The position numbers and the translations under genes are program-made. The notes under the pieces are model-generated. The model ran no database searches. It was not told where the DNA came from and worked only from the letters and a program-made list of their open reading frames with translations. A DNA stretch of 32,000 nucleotides from Cupriavidus necator (GTDB lineage: Bacteria; Pseudomonadota; Gammaproteobacteria; Burkholderiales; Burkholderiaceae), in the NCBI RefSeq assembly GCF_016127575.1, contig NZ_CP066018.1:1290001-1322000 (forward strand), read 5' to 3'. Shown here piece after piece: positions 1 to 8,994 of the stretch. The stretch's first letter is position 1. Every line of letters starts with the position of its first letter.

Positions 1-933
1 GCCGAAGGCCAGCGCCGGGTCGAAGTAGTCGAGCGCGCGCGTGATCAGCAGGTAGGTGTTGGCGTCGAAGTATTCGGCGAACTTGTCGCCCTGGTAGCGC
101 AGGTAGCTCTCTACCTGGAACTCGACATCGAAGGAGAAGCGGATGTCGTCGGTCTTCAGCTCGCGGCCGAATTTCTCGGCCATGTCCTCGTCCGACAGGT
201 AGGTGATATGGCCGATCATGCGCGCCACGCGCAGGCCGCGCTTGGGCTTGACGCCATGCGCGTAGTAGTTGCCGCCGTGGAAGTCGGGGTCCGACAGGAT
301 GGCGCTGCGCGCGACCTCGTTGAAGGCGATATTCTGCGCCGACAGCTTGGGCGTGGACGCGACCACGATGCAGTGGCGCAGGCGTTCCGGGTACAGCAGG
401 CTCCAGGCCACCGCCTGCATGCCGCCCAGGCTGCCGCCCATCACCGCGGCGAACTGCGTGATGCCGAACGCGTCGGCCACGAGCGCCTGCGCATTGACCC
501 AGTCTTCCACCGTCACCACCGGGAACGCTGCGCCGTAGGGCGCGCCGGTGGCCGGATTGAGGCTCATCGGGCCGGTCGAGCCGAAGCACGAGCCCAGGTT
601 GTTGACGCCGATGACGAAAAAGCGATTGGTATCGAGCGGCTTGCCGGGCCCGACCATGTTGTCCCACCAGCCCACGTCGCGCGGGTCTTCCGCATAGACG
701 CCGGCCACATGGTGCGAGGCATTGAGCGCGTGGCACACCAGCACCGCGTTGGAGCGGGCCGCATTGAGCGTGCCATAGGTCTCGACCATCAGGTCGTAGC
801 CGGCAATGGACGAGCCGTTGCGCAGCTTCAGCGGCTCGGCAAAGTGCATGCGCTGCGGCGCAACCACGCCGACCGAATCGGGCGGCAGGTCGAACGCGGC
901 AGGCGCGGCGGTCGGCAGGGCGACATCAGTCAT
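1..933 (-). CDS. metX: Homoserine O-acyltransferase, MetX family (O-acetyl/O-succinyl); 3' end cut by the window edge
   Basis: The minus-strand frame is open from base 1 to the ATG at 931-933. Translation begins [78 protein letters not shown] and continues to [44 protein letters not shown]. The GGSLGG nucleophile elbow and overall sequence are typical of MetX. It is absent from the ORF track because it runs off the window. Confidence 0.9.
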   Translation of the reverse strand, partial: MTDVALPTAAPAAFDLPPDSVGVVAPQRMHFAEPLKLRNGSSIAGYDLMVETYGTLNAARSNAVLVCHALNASHHVAGVYAEDPRDVGWWDNMVGPGKPLDTNRFFVIGVNNLGSCFGSTGPMSLNPATGAPYGAAFPVVTVEDWVNAQALVADAFGITQFAAVMGGSLGGMQAVAWSLLYPERLRHCIVVASTPKLSAQNIAFNEVARSAILSDPDFHGGNYYAHGVKPKRGLRVARMIGHITYLSDEDMAEKFGRELKTDDIRFSFDVEFQVESYLRYQGDKFAEYFDANTYLLITRALDYFDPALAFG

Positions 934-960
934 GGAATCCGGCCCGTGGCGAACGGGCAT

Positions 961-1009
961 AAAAAAACCCGACCGGCATTTGCGTATAAAGCGTCGCAGC
1001 CAAGTCGGG
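961..1009 (-). terminator. Intrinsic-terminator-like hairpin inside the metX leader (possible attenuator or riboswitch expression platform)
   Basis: The minus-strand RNA reads CCCGAC-UU-GGC-UGCG-(loop)-CGCA-AAU-GCC-G-GUCGGG followed by UUUUUUU. The U-run ends 27 nt upstream of the metX ATG. Confidence 0.5.
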
Positions 1010-1207
1010 ATTCACTGGATTCCTTGCGGGATTCCGCGTGCCGGCGCCATCCACTACCGTGGAGGCATGGGGCGCCGACCCAACCTCTTTAGCCGCATTT
1101 GTAGTGGCAACCCGGAACTTGGTCCCTTGGCTGCCGCGCGCCCGCAAGCCAGTCATCAAATCGGCGCGACCGGGCAATTATAGAGCAATCGGCCCGGCAT
1201 GTTGATT

Positions 1208-1389
1208 TAGAACCCATTTCACATTGAAGATGGGCACGCGTTCAAGCCAGGCGCGGCGCAGGCTAGGCGCGGGCCGCCGGCCTTGGTCATTCCAAGGTCA
1301 AGGCCCGTAACGACGCATGCGCCGCGCCTGGCTTGAACCCGAAGGGAAGGCTGCTGCCGGGCCCCTTCTTCATTGTGAAATGGGTTCTT
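1208..1389. repeat. Nested imperfect inverted repeat (REP/MITE-like) between slmA and metX
   Basis: Outer arms are agaacccatttcacattgaagatgggc (1209-1235) and gccccttcttcattgtgaaatgggttct (1361-1388). Inner arms are gcgttcaagccaggcgcggcgca (1238-1260) and tgcgccgcgcctggcttgaac (1318-1338). The right side carries about 20 extra nt. The centre has a small ccttgg/ccaagg hairpin. Confidence 0.75.
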
Positions 1390-2059
1390 AACCCAGCAAG
1401 ACCCTCAGGTGCGCCTCGGCATGGTCCGACGGCGACTTGCGGAAGCCGCTCTTGGCATAGCGGTGCCACTGGCCCTGCACCGCCGCCATGATCAGCGCCG
1501 CGCGTGCGGGAATATCGGCATCCGCCGGGAACGCGGCCTGCGTCACCGCCATCTTCAGGCACTGGCGCAGCGAGGCCTCGATGCGGTCCACCACCTGGTT
1601 GATGCGCTCCTGCAGGCGTTCGTGCTCGCCCACCAGCGCCTCGCCGGTCAGCACGCGCGTCATGCCAGGGTTCTTCTCGGCAAACGACAGCAGCATGCGC
1701 ACAATGGCGTGGGCCTGGCGCAGGCCGTGCTCTTCCTTGTCGGTGATCTGGTTGATCAGGCCGAACACGGTCTGCTCGATAAAGCCGATCAGGCCCTCGT
1801 ACATCTGCGCCTTGCTGGCGAAATGGCGGTACAGCGCCGCCTCCGACACGCTCAGGCGCGCGGCCAGCGCCGCCGTTGTGATCTTCTCCCCGCGCGGGTG
1901 CTCCAGCATGGTGGCCAGGGTCTGCAGGATCTGCACGCGGCGCTCGCCCGGGCGCGGGCGCTTGCGCGCCGGCGTGGCCGGCGGCTGGCCTCCGTCCTGC
2001 GCATCCTGCGCACTGCCTGAAATGACCGCCTCTGGCTCGCGCCCGTTGCTTTGCGTCAT
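1388..2059 (-). CDS. slmA: Nucleoid occlusion factor SlmA (TetR family)
   Basis: 223 aa. The stretch ILQTLATMLEHPRGEKITTAALAARLSVSEAALYRHFASKAQMYEGLIGFIEQTVFGLINQI ... NPGMTRVLTGEALVGEHERLQERINQVVDRIEASLRQ is colinear with E. coli SlmA. There is a 4-nt ATGA overlap with the upstream gene. Confidence 0.85.
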   Translation of the reverse strand: MTQSNGREPEAVISGSAQDAQDGGQPPATPARKRPRPGERRVQILQTLATMLEHPRGEKITTAALAARLSVSEAALYRHFASKAQMYEGLIGFIEQTVFGLINQITDKEEHGLRQAHAIVRMLLSFAEKNPGMTRVLTGEALVGEHERLQERINQVVDRIEASLRQCLKMAVTQAAFPADADIPARAALIMAAVQGQWHRYAKSGFRKSPSDHAEAHLRVLLG

Positions 2060-3003
2060 GACCCGATTCTCCGCATTCGTCGTTGGAGTTGATGCATCGA
2101 TTGTACTTTTATGTCCACATAGGCCGGCCGGTTCGGCACGCGGGCGCGCACGCGCCGCACGTTGTCGGGCTGCGCCTGCGGTGCCTGGGTCTCCGCAGCC
2201 ACCAGCGTCACCGACTGCTCCTGCGCGGCGTGGCCGACATGGCGCCGGTCCTCCGCCTCCAGCGTCGAGCGTACCGCGGCATCGCGCCGGCTGCCGTCGT
2301 CGCGCACCGCGGGCACCTCATGCGGGCGCGATGGCGCGATCGTGCGCAGGTAGCCCGTCACCCACGCGGTGCGGATGCCGGTGCCGGCATAGCGCTTGAG
2401 GTGCGACACGGTGTCTTCCACCAGCACCGCGCGATGTGGCGCGATGCGGGTCTGCACCAGCAACCGGCGCAGCATGCGGCGGTCCGGCTTGGGCCGCAGG
2501 TGGCCATGCACCCACATCTGCTCGATTGCCACCACGCGCTCGAAGCAATGCCGTATGCCCGCTATCTCCAGCACCGCCCGCGCGTAGTCCTGCGGCGCAT
2601 TGGTGACCAGGATCTTGCGCCCCGGCAGGCGCCGCAGGTGCGCGGCCAGCCCGCGCCGCACCCGCACCATGTCGGCCAGCGCCGGGAATTCATGCGCGGC
2701 GCGCAGGAAGTCAGCCGGATCCACGCCGTGGTGCCGGATCATGCCGAGCAGCGTGGCGCCGTAGCGCTGCCAGTAGTCCACGCGCACGCGGCTGGCGGTG
2801 GCCTCGTCGCAGCCGAGCACGCGCGCCACGTAGTCGGTCATCAGCCGGTTGATGGCCGGGAAGATCGCGTGCGAGGCGTCGTGCAGGGTGTTGTCGAGAT
2901 CGAACAGCCAGACCGTATCGCCCGAGGTATTGCCCGCGGGGCGGCGGCAGAGGCGAGCGCGGACACGGCGCGGAGAAGGAAGACTTGAAGGCACGCCGGG
3001 CAA
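2056..3003 (-). CDS. HAD-superfamily hydrolase, pyrimidine 5'-nucleotidase-like
   Basis: The HAD motif I is present (LFDLDNTLHD), followed by a KILVTNAP motif and a VLVEDT motif. The C-terminal tail ends RPAYVDIKVQSMHQL. The exact start is uncertain because the first codons have low GC3. Confidence 0.72.
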   Translation of the reverse strand: MPGVPSSLPSPRRVRARLCRRPAGNTSGDTVWLFDLDNTLHDASHAIFPAINRLMTDYVARVLGCDEATASRVRVDYWQRYGATLLGMIRHHGVDPADFLRAAHEFPALADMVRVRRGLAAHLRRLPGRKILVTNAPQDYARAVLEIAGIRHCFERVVAIEQMWVHGHLRPKPDRRMLRRLLVQTRIAPHRAVLVEDTVSHLKRYAGTGIRTAWVTGYLRTIAPSRPHEVPAVRDDGSRRDAAVRSTLEAEDRRHVGHAAQEQSVTLVAAETQAPQAQPDNVRRVRARVPNRPAYVDIKVQSMHQLQRRMRRIGS

Positions 3004-3066
3004 ACTCGGAGGGTGATGGGATAACCGGGGCGGCCGGCCGCTGCCGGCACCGCCCCGAGGCTCCGC

Positions 3067-4002
<936 letters not shown>

Positions 4003-4338
4003 TCAACAGGTATGATGGCTAATCGGCCACGTAGCCAGGGATAACCAACGGGGATCGCCCGAAAGTGCGCCATCCGGCCATGGCAGGCGCCGATTTTACA
4101 AGAAACCGCGCGGGGCGCGAGTCAACCGGCCGAACGTGGTCCCGCGAACCGCCTGCAAGCGCCCCACGGGGCACCAACGCGTTCCGTCCACGCAACAACG
4201 TGCCACCACTCAGCCGTTTGGCCTGCGCCGCGGCACAGCGTTCCCCACCTTGACCATCATGCCCGCCGCCAGCCGCCTCTTGCCAGCCCGCATCCCAGCC
4301 CGCATCCCCGATTTCCCGCCAGCGCCGGGAAGCCAGCC

Positions 4339-4569
4339 ATGAGCGACGCCTCGACCGTGCTGACCGGCCAGCTGCGCCCGGTCGAACATTGCAGCCACTG
4401 CGGCGCGGGCTTTGTCTGCGGCTACGTGGCGGGGCTGCCCGAGTGCTGGTGCGCCAGCCAGCCGCTGCTGCCGGCGCGGCGCATCGTGCCGGGCCAGCAT
4501 TGCCTGTGTCCGGCCTGCCTGGCAGCGCGCCGGCAAGCGGCTCAGGAACCTGATTCCGCCGCTGGCTGA
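4339..4569 (+). CDS. Small cysteine-rich CWC-family protein
   Basis: 76 aa with the pattern C-x2-C-x6-C-x9-CWC ... CLCPAC and high GC3. Its 3' end overlaps the convergent transporter gene by 28 nt. Confidence 0.6.
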   Translation: MSDASTVLTGQLRPVEHCSHCGAGFVCGYVAGLPECWCASQPLLPARRIVPGQHCLCPACLAARRQAAQEPDSAAG

Positions 4570-5072
4570 GGCGCCGGCCCGGGCCCTGCGGCACTGCCCC
4601 ACTGCATCACCAGCATCCCCGCCACGATCAGCGCCGCGCCCGCCAGCCGCGCCGGCGTGAGCGCGCGCACCGCAAATCCGGCCAGCCCGAACTGGTCCAC
4701 CAGCAGCGCCGCCAGCACCTGGCCCGCCACCACCGCGGCGATAAAGCCCGCGGCGCCCAGCTTCGGCGCCATCATCAGCGCGGCCGAAATATAGAACACC
4801 CCAAGCACCCCGCCGATCCAGAGCCAGCCCGGCGCGCGCGCCAGTGCCGCTGGCGCCGGCAGCGGCACGCGCATCAGCCACAGCACGGGCAGCAGCGCCG
4901 CCAGGCTGACCAGCAGCGACACCAGCGTGGCCGACAGCGGATGCCCGAGTGTGCGCCCGAGGGTGGCGTTGGCGCCGGCCTGGAAGGGGATCGCCGCGCC
5001 GGCCAGCACGGCCGTGCCAAGCGGCAGCCAGAGTGAAACCGGGAAGGAAAACGGCAACTGGGTGCCTGACAT
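4542..5072 (-). CDS. DMT-superfamily membrane protein, DUF606/YdcZ-like
   Basis: The translation is hydrophobic and multi-TM (AIPFQAGANATLGRTLG ... GAALIVAGMLVMQW). I chose the ATG at 5070-5072 because a GGAG lies 6 nt upstream. The ORF track extends it to 5135. Confidence 0.7.
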   Translation of the reverse strand: MSGTQLPFSFPVSLWLPLGTAVLAGAAIPFQAGANATLGRTLGHPLSATLVSLLVSLAALLPVLWLMRVPLPAPAALARAPGWLWIGGVLGVFYISAALMMAPKLGAAGFIAAVVAGQVLAALLVDQFGLAGFAVRALTPARLAGAALIVAGMLVMQWGSAAGPGPAPQPAAESGS

Positions 5073-5116
5073 GAAGCGCTCCATAGGGCAAGATGCGATG
5101 CCAGCAGTTTGAAATA

Positions 5117-5127
5117 TCGCAATGCGA
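5117..5127. promoter_or_regulatory. Palindrome TCGCAATGCGA in the divergent promoter region (possible LysR-type operator)
   Basis: An 11-nt dyad sits in the AT-rich 5073-5165 spacer between the transporter gene and the LysR gene. Confidence 0.25.
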
Positions 5128-5165
5128 ATTTCCAATTCTGCTTTCGTACGTTTATTATTCGCCGA

Positions 5166-6101
5166 ATGAATAGCCTACGCGGAATCGACCTCAACCTGCT
5201 GGTGGTGCTCGAAGCACTGCTGGCCGAGCGCCATATCTCCCGCGCCGCGCTGCGGCTGCACCTGAGCCAGCCGGCGGTCAGCCACGCGCTCGGGCGCCTG
5301 CGGCAGCTGCTTGACGACCCCATCCTGGTGCGCGGCAAGGGCGGCCTGGTGCTGAGCGCGCGCGCCCATGAGCTGTCCGGCCCGCTGGCCGAGGCGCTGG
5401 CGCAGGTGCGCATCCTGCTGGGGCCGAGCGGCTTCCAGCCGGCCACCGCGCGGCGCAGCTTCCGCCTGGCCATGTCCGACTACGGTGCGCTGGTGGTGCT
5501 GCCGCGGCTGCTGCGCGCGGTGCGCAAGGCCGCGCCCAATATCGACCTGGTGGTGTCGCAGGCCAGCCGCGAAGGCATGACCGCCCAGGTGGCCGATGGC
5601 GAGATCGACATGGCACTGGGCGTGTTCACCCACCAGCCGGAAGGCGTGAAATCCGCCGAGCTGTTCTGCGAGAGCTATGCCTGCGCGGTGGATGCCGCCA
5701 CCGTGCGCGACAGCGGCCGGCTTGACCAGGTGGCCTACCTGGCGCGCTCGCACGTGCTGGTGGCCACGCACAGCGAACGCATGGACGCGATCGACACGGC
5801 GGTGGCCAAGCTGGGGGGACGGCGCAAGATCGCCTGCGTGGTGCCGCACTGGAGCGTGGCGCCGGCGCTGATCGCCGGGACCAACCTGGTGCTGACCACG
5901 GCACGGCGCAGCCTGGCCGCGCTGGAAGAGGACCCGCGCTACGCCGTGTTCGCGCCGCCGTTTGCGCTGGACGACTTCACCTTCAGCATGATCTGGCACG
6001 AGCGCACCGAAGCCGATCCCGCCCACGCCTGGCTGCGCGAGCGCGTGCTGGCCGCGGCGGCCAGTCAGGAATCGGAAGAGCCGATCAGCTTGCGCGGCTG
6101 A
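5166..6101 (+). CDS. LysR-family transcriptional regulator
   Basis: The N-terminus is MNSLRGIDLNLLVVLEALLAERHISRAALRLHLSQPAVSHALGRLR (winged HTH), followed by a LysR substrate-binding domain. The ATG at 5166 is preferred over the TTG at 5109. Confidence 0.85.
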   Translation: MNSLRGIDLNLLVVLEALLAERHISRAALRLHLSQPAVSHALGRLRQLLDDPILVRGKGGLVLSARAHELSGPLAEALAQVRILLGPSGFQPATARRSFRLAMSDYGALVVLPRLLRAVRKAAPNIDLVVSQASREGMTAQVADGEIDMALGVFTHQPEGVKSAELFCESYACAVDAATVRDSGRLDQVAYLARSHVLVATHSERMDAIDTAVAKLGGRRKIACVVPHWSVAPALIAGTNLVLTTARRSLAALEEDPRYAVFAPPFALDDFTFSMIWHERTEADPAHAWLRERVLAAAASQESEEPISLRG

Positions 6102-6279
6102 CGGCGCACCCCCGGCTTGGCTGGCGCCGGGGGCTGGGCATCACGGCGCTGCGCGGGAACAGCAGGTGGCCTGGCGGGGCGCGTGTCGCCGCGAAAGACC
6201 AGCTTCTGCCGGGTGCCGTGCTGCTTGTTGGCCATGATGGCTGGATGGGTGGATGGACGAGGCCGGCCCCGTCAGGCGC

Positions 6280-6768
6280 TCAGTGCTTGTGTTCGCCGTG
6301 GCCGCCGCTCGCGCCGGCGGCGGCGGGCACCATGTCACGCACTTCAGCCGTGACCTTCTGCTCGATCATCTTGCCGCCCTGCTCGATCTTCAGCGTGATG
6401 GGCACGGTGTCGCCCTTCTTGAGCTGCGCCTTCAGGTCCATCAGCATCACGTGGTAGCCGCCCGGCTTCAGCTCGACGTCCTTCATCTTTGGCAGGTCCA
6501 GCGACTTGACCTGGCGCATGCGCATCACGTTGCCTTCCATCTTCATCTCGTGCAGCTCGGCCGCGGCCACCGGCGACGACACGCCGACCAGCTTCGCGTT
6601 GTCGTGCGCGTGCAGCACCATGAAGGCGCCGGAGGCAGTCTGGGTCGGCACCGTGCCGCGCACCCAGGCATTGCTGACATCGACCTGGGCCAGCGCGGCG
6701 CCGGACGCCAGCGCGGCGGCGAGGGCGACCGATGCGGCCAGCGTGGCCGAGCGGAATTTGGCTTGCAT
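6280..6768 (-). CDS. Periplasmic copper chaperone PCu(A)C (DUF461)
   Basis: A signal peptide ends ALAQV. The motif H-X10-M-X21-H-X-M is satisfied exactly in LHEMKMEGNVMRM...GGYHVM. The C-terminal tail is His-rich (GGHGEHKH). An AGGAGA Shine-Dalgarno sequence lies upstream. Confidence 0.85.
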   Translation of the reverse strand: MQAKFRSATLAASVALAAALASGAALAQVDVSNAWVRGTVPTQTASGAFMVLHAHDNAKLVGVSSPVAAAELHEMKMEGNVMRMRQVKSLDLPKMKDVELKPGGYHVMLMDLKAQLKKGDTVPITLKIEQGGKMIEQKVTAEVRDMVPAAAGASGGHGEHKH

Positions 6769-6944
6769 GAAAGGCTCTCCTGAAAGCAGACATTAGACCA
6801 TGGCGATGCCCGCCCGTGCATGCCCCAGGCAACCCCGCCATGCGGCGCACAGCCGGCTAGTCTGGCAGCCCGACAAGCTCGGCGCCAATGCGGCAAGGTG
6901 TCGCACGCACCGGCGCCCCGCGGCCGCATTGATACACTCGCGCC

Positions 6945-8333
6945 ATGACCACCGCCGCAGCCGTGACCCGCTTGCCCGACCTCCCCTTCCTGTCGCCACT
7001 GCCGGCGGGCACCTCCGCCCGCCATGGCCAGGTGACGCTGCGCCGGCTGTTCTGGCTGCGCTGGGCACTGCTGGCGGGACAGGCGCTGACCGTGCTGAGC
7101 TGCGAGCCCATCGCCGGCATCCGCCTGCCCTACGGGCCGCTGCTGGTGGTGTTCGGCCTGCAGGCGCTGTTCAACCTGCTGACCGGCCTGCGCCTGCGCC
7201 AGCACACGCGGCGCAACAGCGCCCCTGGCGAGGCCGAGCTGATGGGCCAGCTGCTGGTGGACCTGACCGCGCTGTCGGCCATCCTGTTCTACACCGGCGG
7301 CGCGACCAACCCCTTTGTCTCGTTCTACCTGCCGGGGCTGGCCATTGCCGCCGCCATCCTGCCGTGGCGCCAGGTGATCGCGCTGGCGCTGTACGCGCTC
7401 GTCTGCTACACGCTGCTGCTGTTCGAATATGTGCCGCTGGACCTGCACAACCCGGACAACGCGGTGAACTACCACCTGGCCGGCATGTGGCTGAACTTCG
7501 TTGCCAGCGCGGTGATGATCGCGCTGTTCGTGGCGCGCCTGTCCGGCGTGCTGCGCCAGCGCGAGGCGCAGCTGAACCTGGCACGCGAGCAGCTGCTGCG
7601 CGAGGCGCGCGTAGAAGACCTGAACGGCCAGGCCGCCGCGGTCGCGCATGAGATCGGCACGCCGCTGGCCACGCTGGCGGTCATCGCCGGCGAGCTGCGT
7701 GCCGATGCCTCCGACGCGGGCCGCGGCACCTCCGCAATCAACAGCTACCTGCCCGACCTGCAGACCATGGAGCAGCAGCTGGCGCTGTGCCGCACCACGC
7801 TCGCGCGCCTGCGCGAAGACCCGGCCACGCTGGCGCCGCAGCGCATCGACGGCTGGCTGCCGGCCTTTGCCGAGCGCTGGCAGCTGCGCCACCCCAACGC
7901 CAGCCTGCAGGCCAGCGCCACGCCGGGCGCCGGCGCGCAGGCGGTGGAAACCGCGCGCGTGGGCCAGATCCTGACCATCCTGCTGGACAACGCCGCGCGC
8001 AGCCAGCAAGCCGCCGGCCGCGGCCAGGAGCCGCTGCAGCTGCAGATCGCCATGGCGCCCGGCAATACCGCGCCGTGGCTGTCGTTCCGCATCGCCGACC
8101 ACGGCGACGGCATTCCCGAGATGCTGCGCGGCCAGCTGGGCGAAACCCCGGTGGCCAGCCAGCACGGCGGCCAGGGCATCGGCCTGTACCTGGCGCAAAG
8201 CGCCGCCCGGCAGATGGACGGCGAACTGGCCTGGCATGACCGCGCCGGCGGCGGCACCGTTGCCGAGCTGCGCCTGCCCGCGCTGTCCACCCTTTCCGCA
8301 TCCGCCGCCGCCACGGCACCACGAACCCCATGA
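6945..8333 (+). CDS. regB: Redox-responsive sensor histidine kinase, RegB/PrrB family
   Basis: The N-terminal half is multi-TM and contains the GGATNPF heptad (the GGXXNPF quinone-site motif of RegB). The H-box is AAAVAHEIGTPLATL. A Cys follows in QQLALCRTTL. The ATPase G-box is GGQGIGLYL. Confidence 0.8.
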   Translation: MTTAAAVTRLPDLPFLSPLPAGTSARHGQVTLRRLFWLRWALLAGQALTVLSCEPIAGIRLPYGPLLVVFGLQALFNLLTGLRLRQHTRRNSAPGEAELMGQLLVDLTALSAILFYTGGATNPFVSFYLPGLAIAAAILPWRQVIALALYALVCYTLLLFEYVPLDLHNPDNAVNYHLAGMWLNFVASAVMIALFVARLSGVLRQREAQLNLAREQLLREARVEDLNGQAAAVAHEIGTPLATLAVIAGELRADASDAGRGTSAINSYLPDLQTMEQQLALCRTTLARLREDPATLAPQRIDGWLPAFAERWQLRHPNASLQASATPGAGAQAVETARVGQILTILLDNAARSQQAAGRGQEPLQLQIAMAPGNTAPWLSFRIADHGDGIPEMLRGQLGETPVASQHGGQGIGLYLAQSAARQMDGELAWHDRAGGGTVAELRLPALSTLSASAAATAPRTP

Positions 8334-8941
8334 CCGACACCCTCACCCCGGTACCCGAAGCCACCGCACCGGCTGGCACGCCCTTCCTGGTCATCGACGA
8401 CGACGAAGTCTTTGCCGGCACCCTGGCCCGCGCGCTCACGCGACGCGGCTATGCCGTGCAGGTGGCGCATGACGGCCGCACCGCACTGGCGCTGGCATCA
8501 CGCATCGAGTTTGCCTATGTCACGCTGGACCTGCACCTGGAGCCGCCGCCGGATGCCGGCAGCACCGTGCCCGCCGAATCGGGGCTGCAGCTGGTGTCGC
8601 CGCTGCGCCAGGCGTTGCCGGACGCACGCATCCTGATCCTGACCGGCTACGCCAGCATCGCCACCGCGGTGGCGGCGGTCAAGCAAGGCGCGGACGAATA
8701 CCTGGCCAAGCCGGCCAATGTCGATTCGATCCTGACCGCGCTGATGGCGGGCGTGTCCGAAGATGCGGCGCAGGCCGCGCTGGAAGAGCCGGTGCCGCTG
8801 TCGGTGGCGCGGCTGGAATGGGAGCATATCCAGCGCGTGCTGGCCGAGCATGACGGCAATATCTCCGCCACGGCACGGGCGCTGAACATGCACCGGCGCA
8901 CCTTGCAGCGCAAGCTGGGAAAGCGGCCGGTGTCGCGGTAA
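8330..8941 (+). CDS. regA: Response regulator RegA/PrrA/ActR family (receiver domain plus Fis-type HTH)
   Basis: The receiver domain (LVIDDDEVF ... VTLDL) is followed by the C-terminal WEHIQRVLAEHDGNISATARALNMHRRTLQRKL, typical of RegA. There is an ATGA overlap with regB. Confidence 0.85.
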   Translation: MTDTLTPVPEATAPAGTPFLVIDDDEVFAGTLARALTRRGYAVQVAHDGRTALALASRIEFAYVTLDLHLEPPPDAGSTVPAESGLQLVSPLRQALPDARILILTGYASIATAVAAVKQGADEYLAKPANVDSILTALMAGVSEDAAQAALEEPVPLSVARLEWEHIQRVLAEHDGNISATARALNMHRRTLQRKLGKRPVSR

Positions 8942-8948
8942 AGAAAAA

Positions 8949-8969
8949 GGCCGCGCGGATTGCGCGGCC
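8949..8969 (-). terminator. Intrinsic terminator between convergent genes
   Basis: The hairpin is ggccgcgc-ggatt-gcgcggcc. It is flanked by AAAAA on the plus strand, which is a U-run for the minus-strand transcript. Confidence 0.6.
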
Positions 8970-8994
8970 CTTCCGGTGGCAACTGCTGCCGGCG

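Noticed and set aside
1080-1170. Calling the metX leader a definite SAM-II riboswitch feature
   Set aside because: Only short string resemblances (CGAUUU, GGCUUGC, GCUAAAG) were seen. I could not establish the pseudoknot pairing by hand, so it is reported as a hypothesis in the findings rather than as an annotated ncRNA.
5109-5165. TTG start giving a 19-aa N-terminal extension (MKYRNANFQFCFRTFIIRR) on the LysR regulator
   Set aside because: The extension lies in the AT-rich divergent promoter region. LysR regulators normally begin a few residues before the HTH, as with the ATG at 5166.
6543-8237. 564-aa ORF antisense to regB. Similar long shadow ORFs are 9375-10970 and 10916-12697 (antisense to hslU, hslV and the Bug gene), 16758-18758 and 18265-20364 (antisense to the COG0523 and receptor genes), and 29104-30744 and 30098-31792 (antisense to bioF and bioA).
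   Set aside because: Their translations are Arg/Ala/Gly/Pro-rich low-complexity sequences with no motifs. Each lies exactly opposite a gene with a clear family assignment. Long stop-free antisense frames are expected at this GC content.
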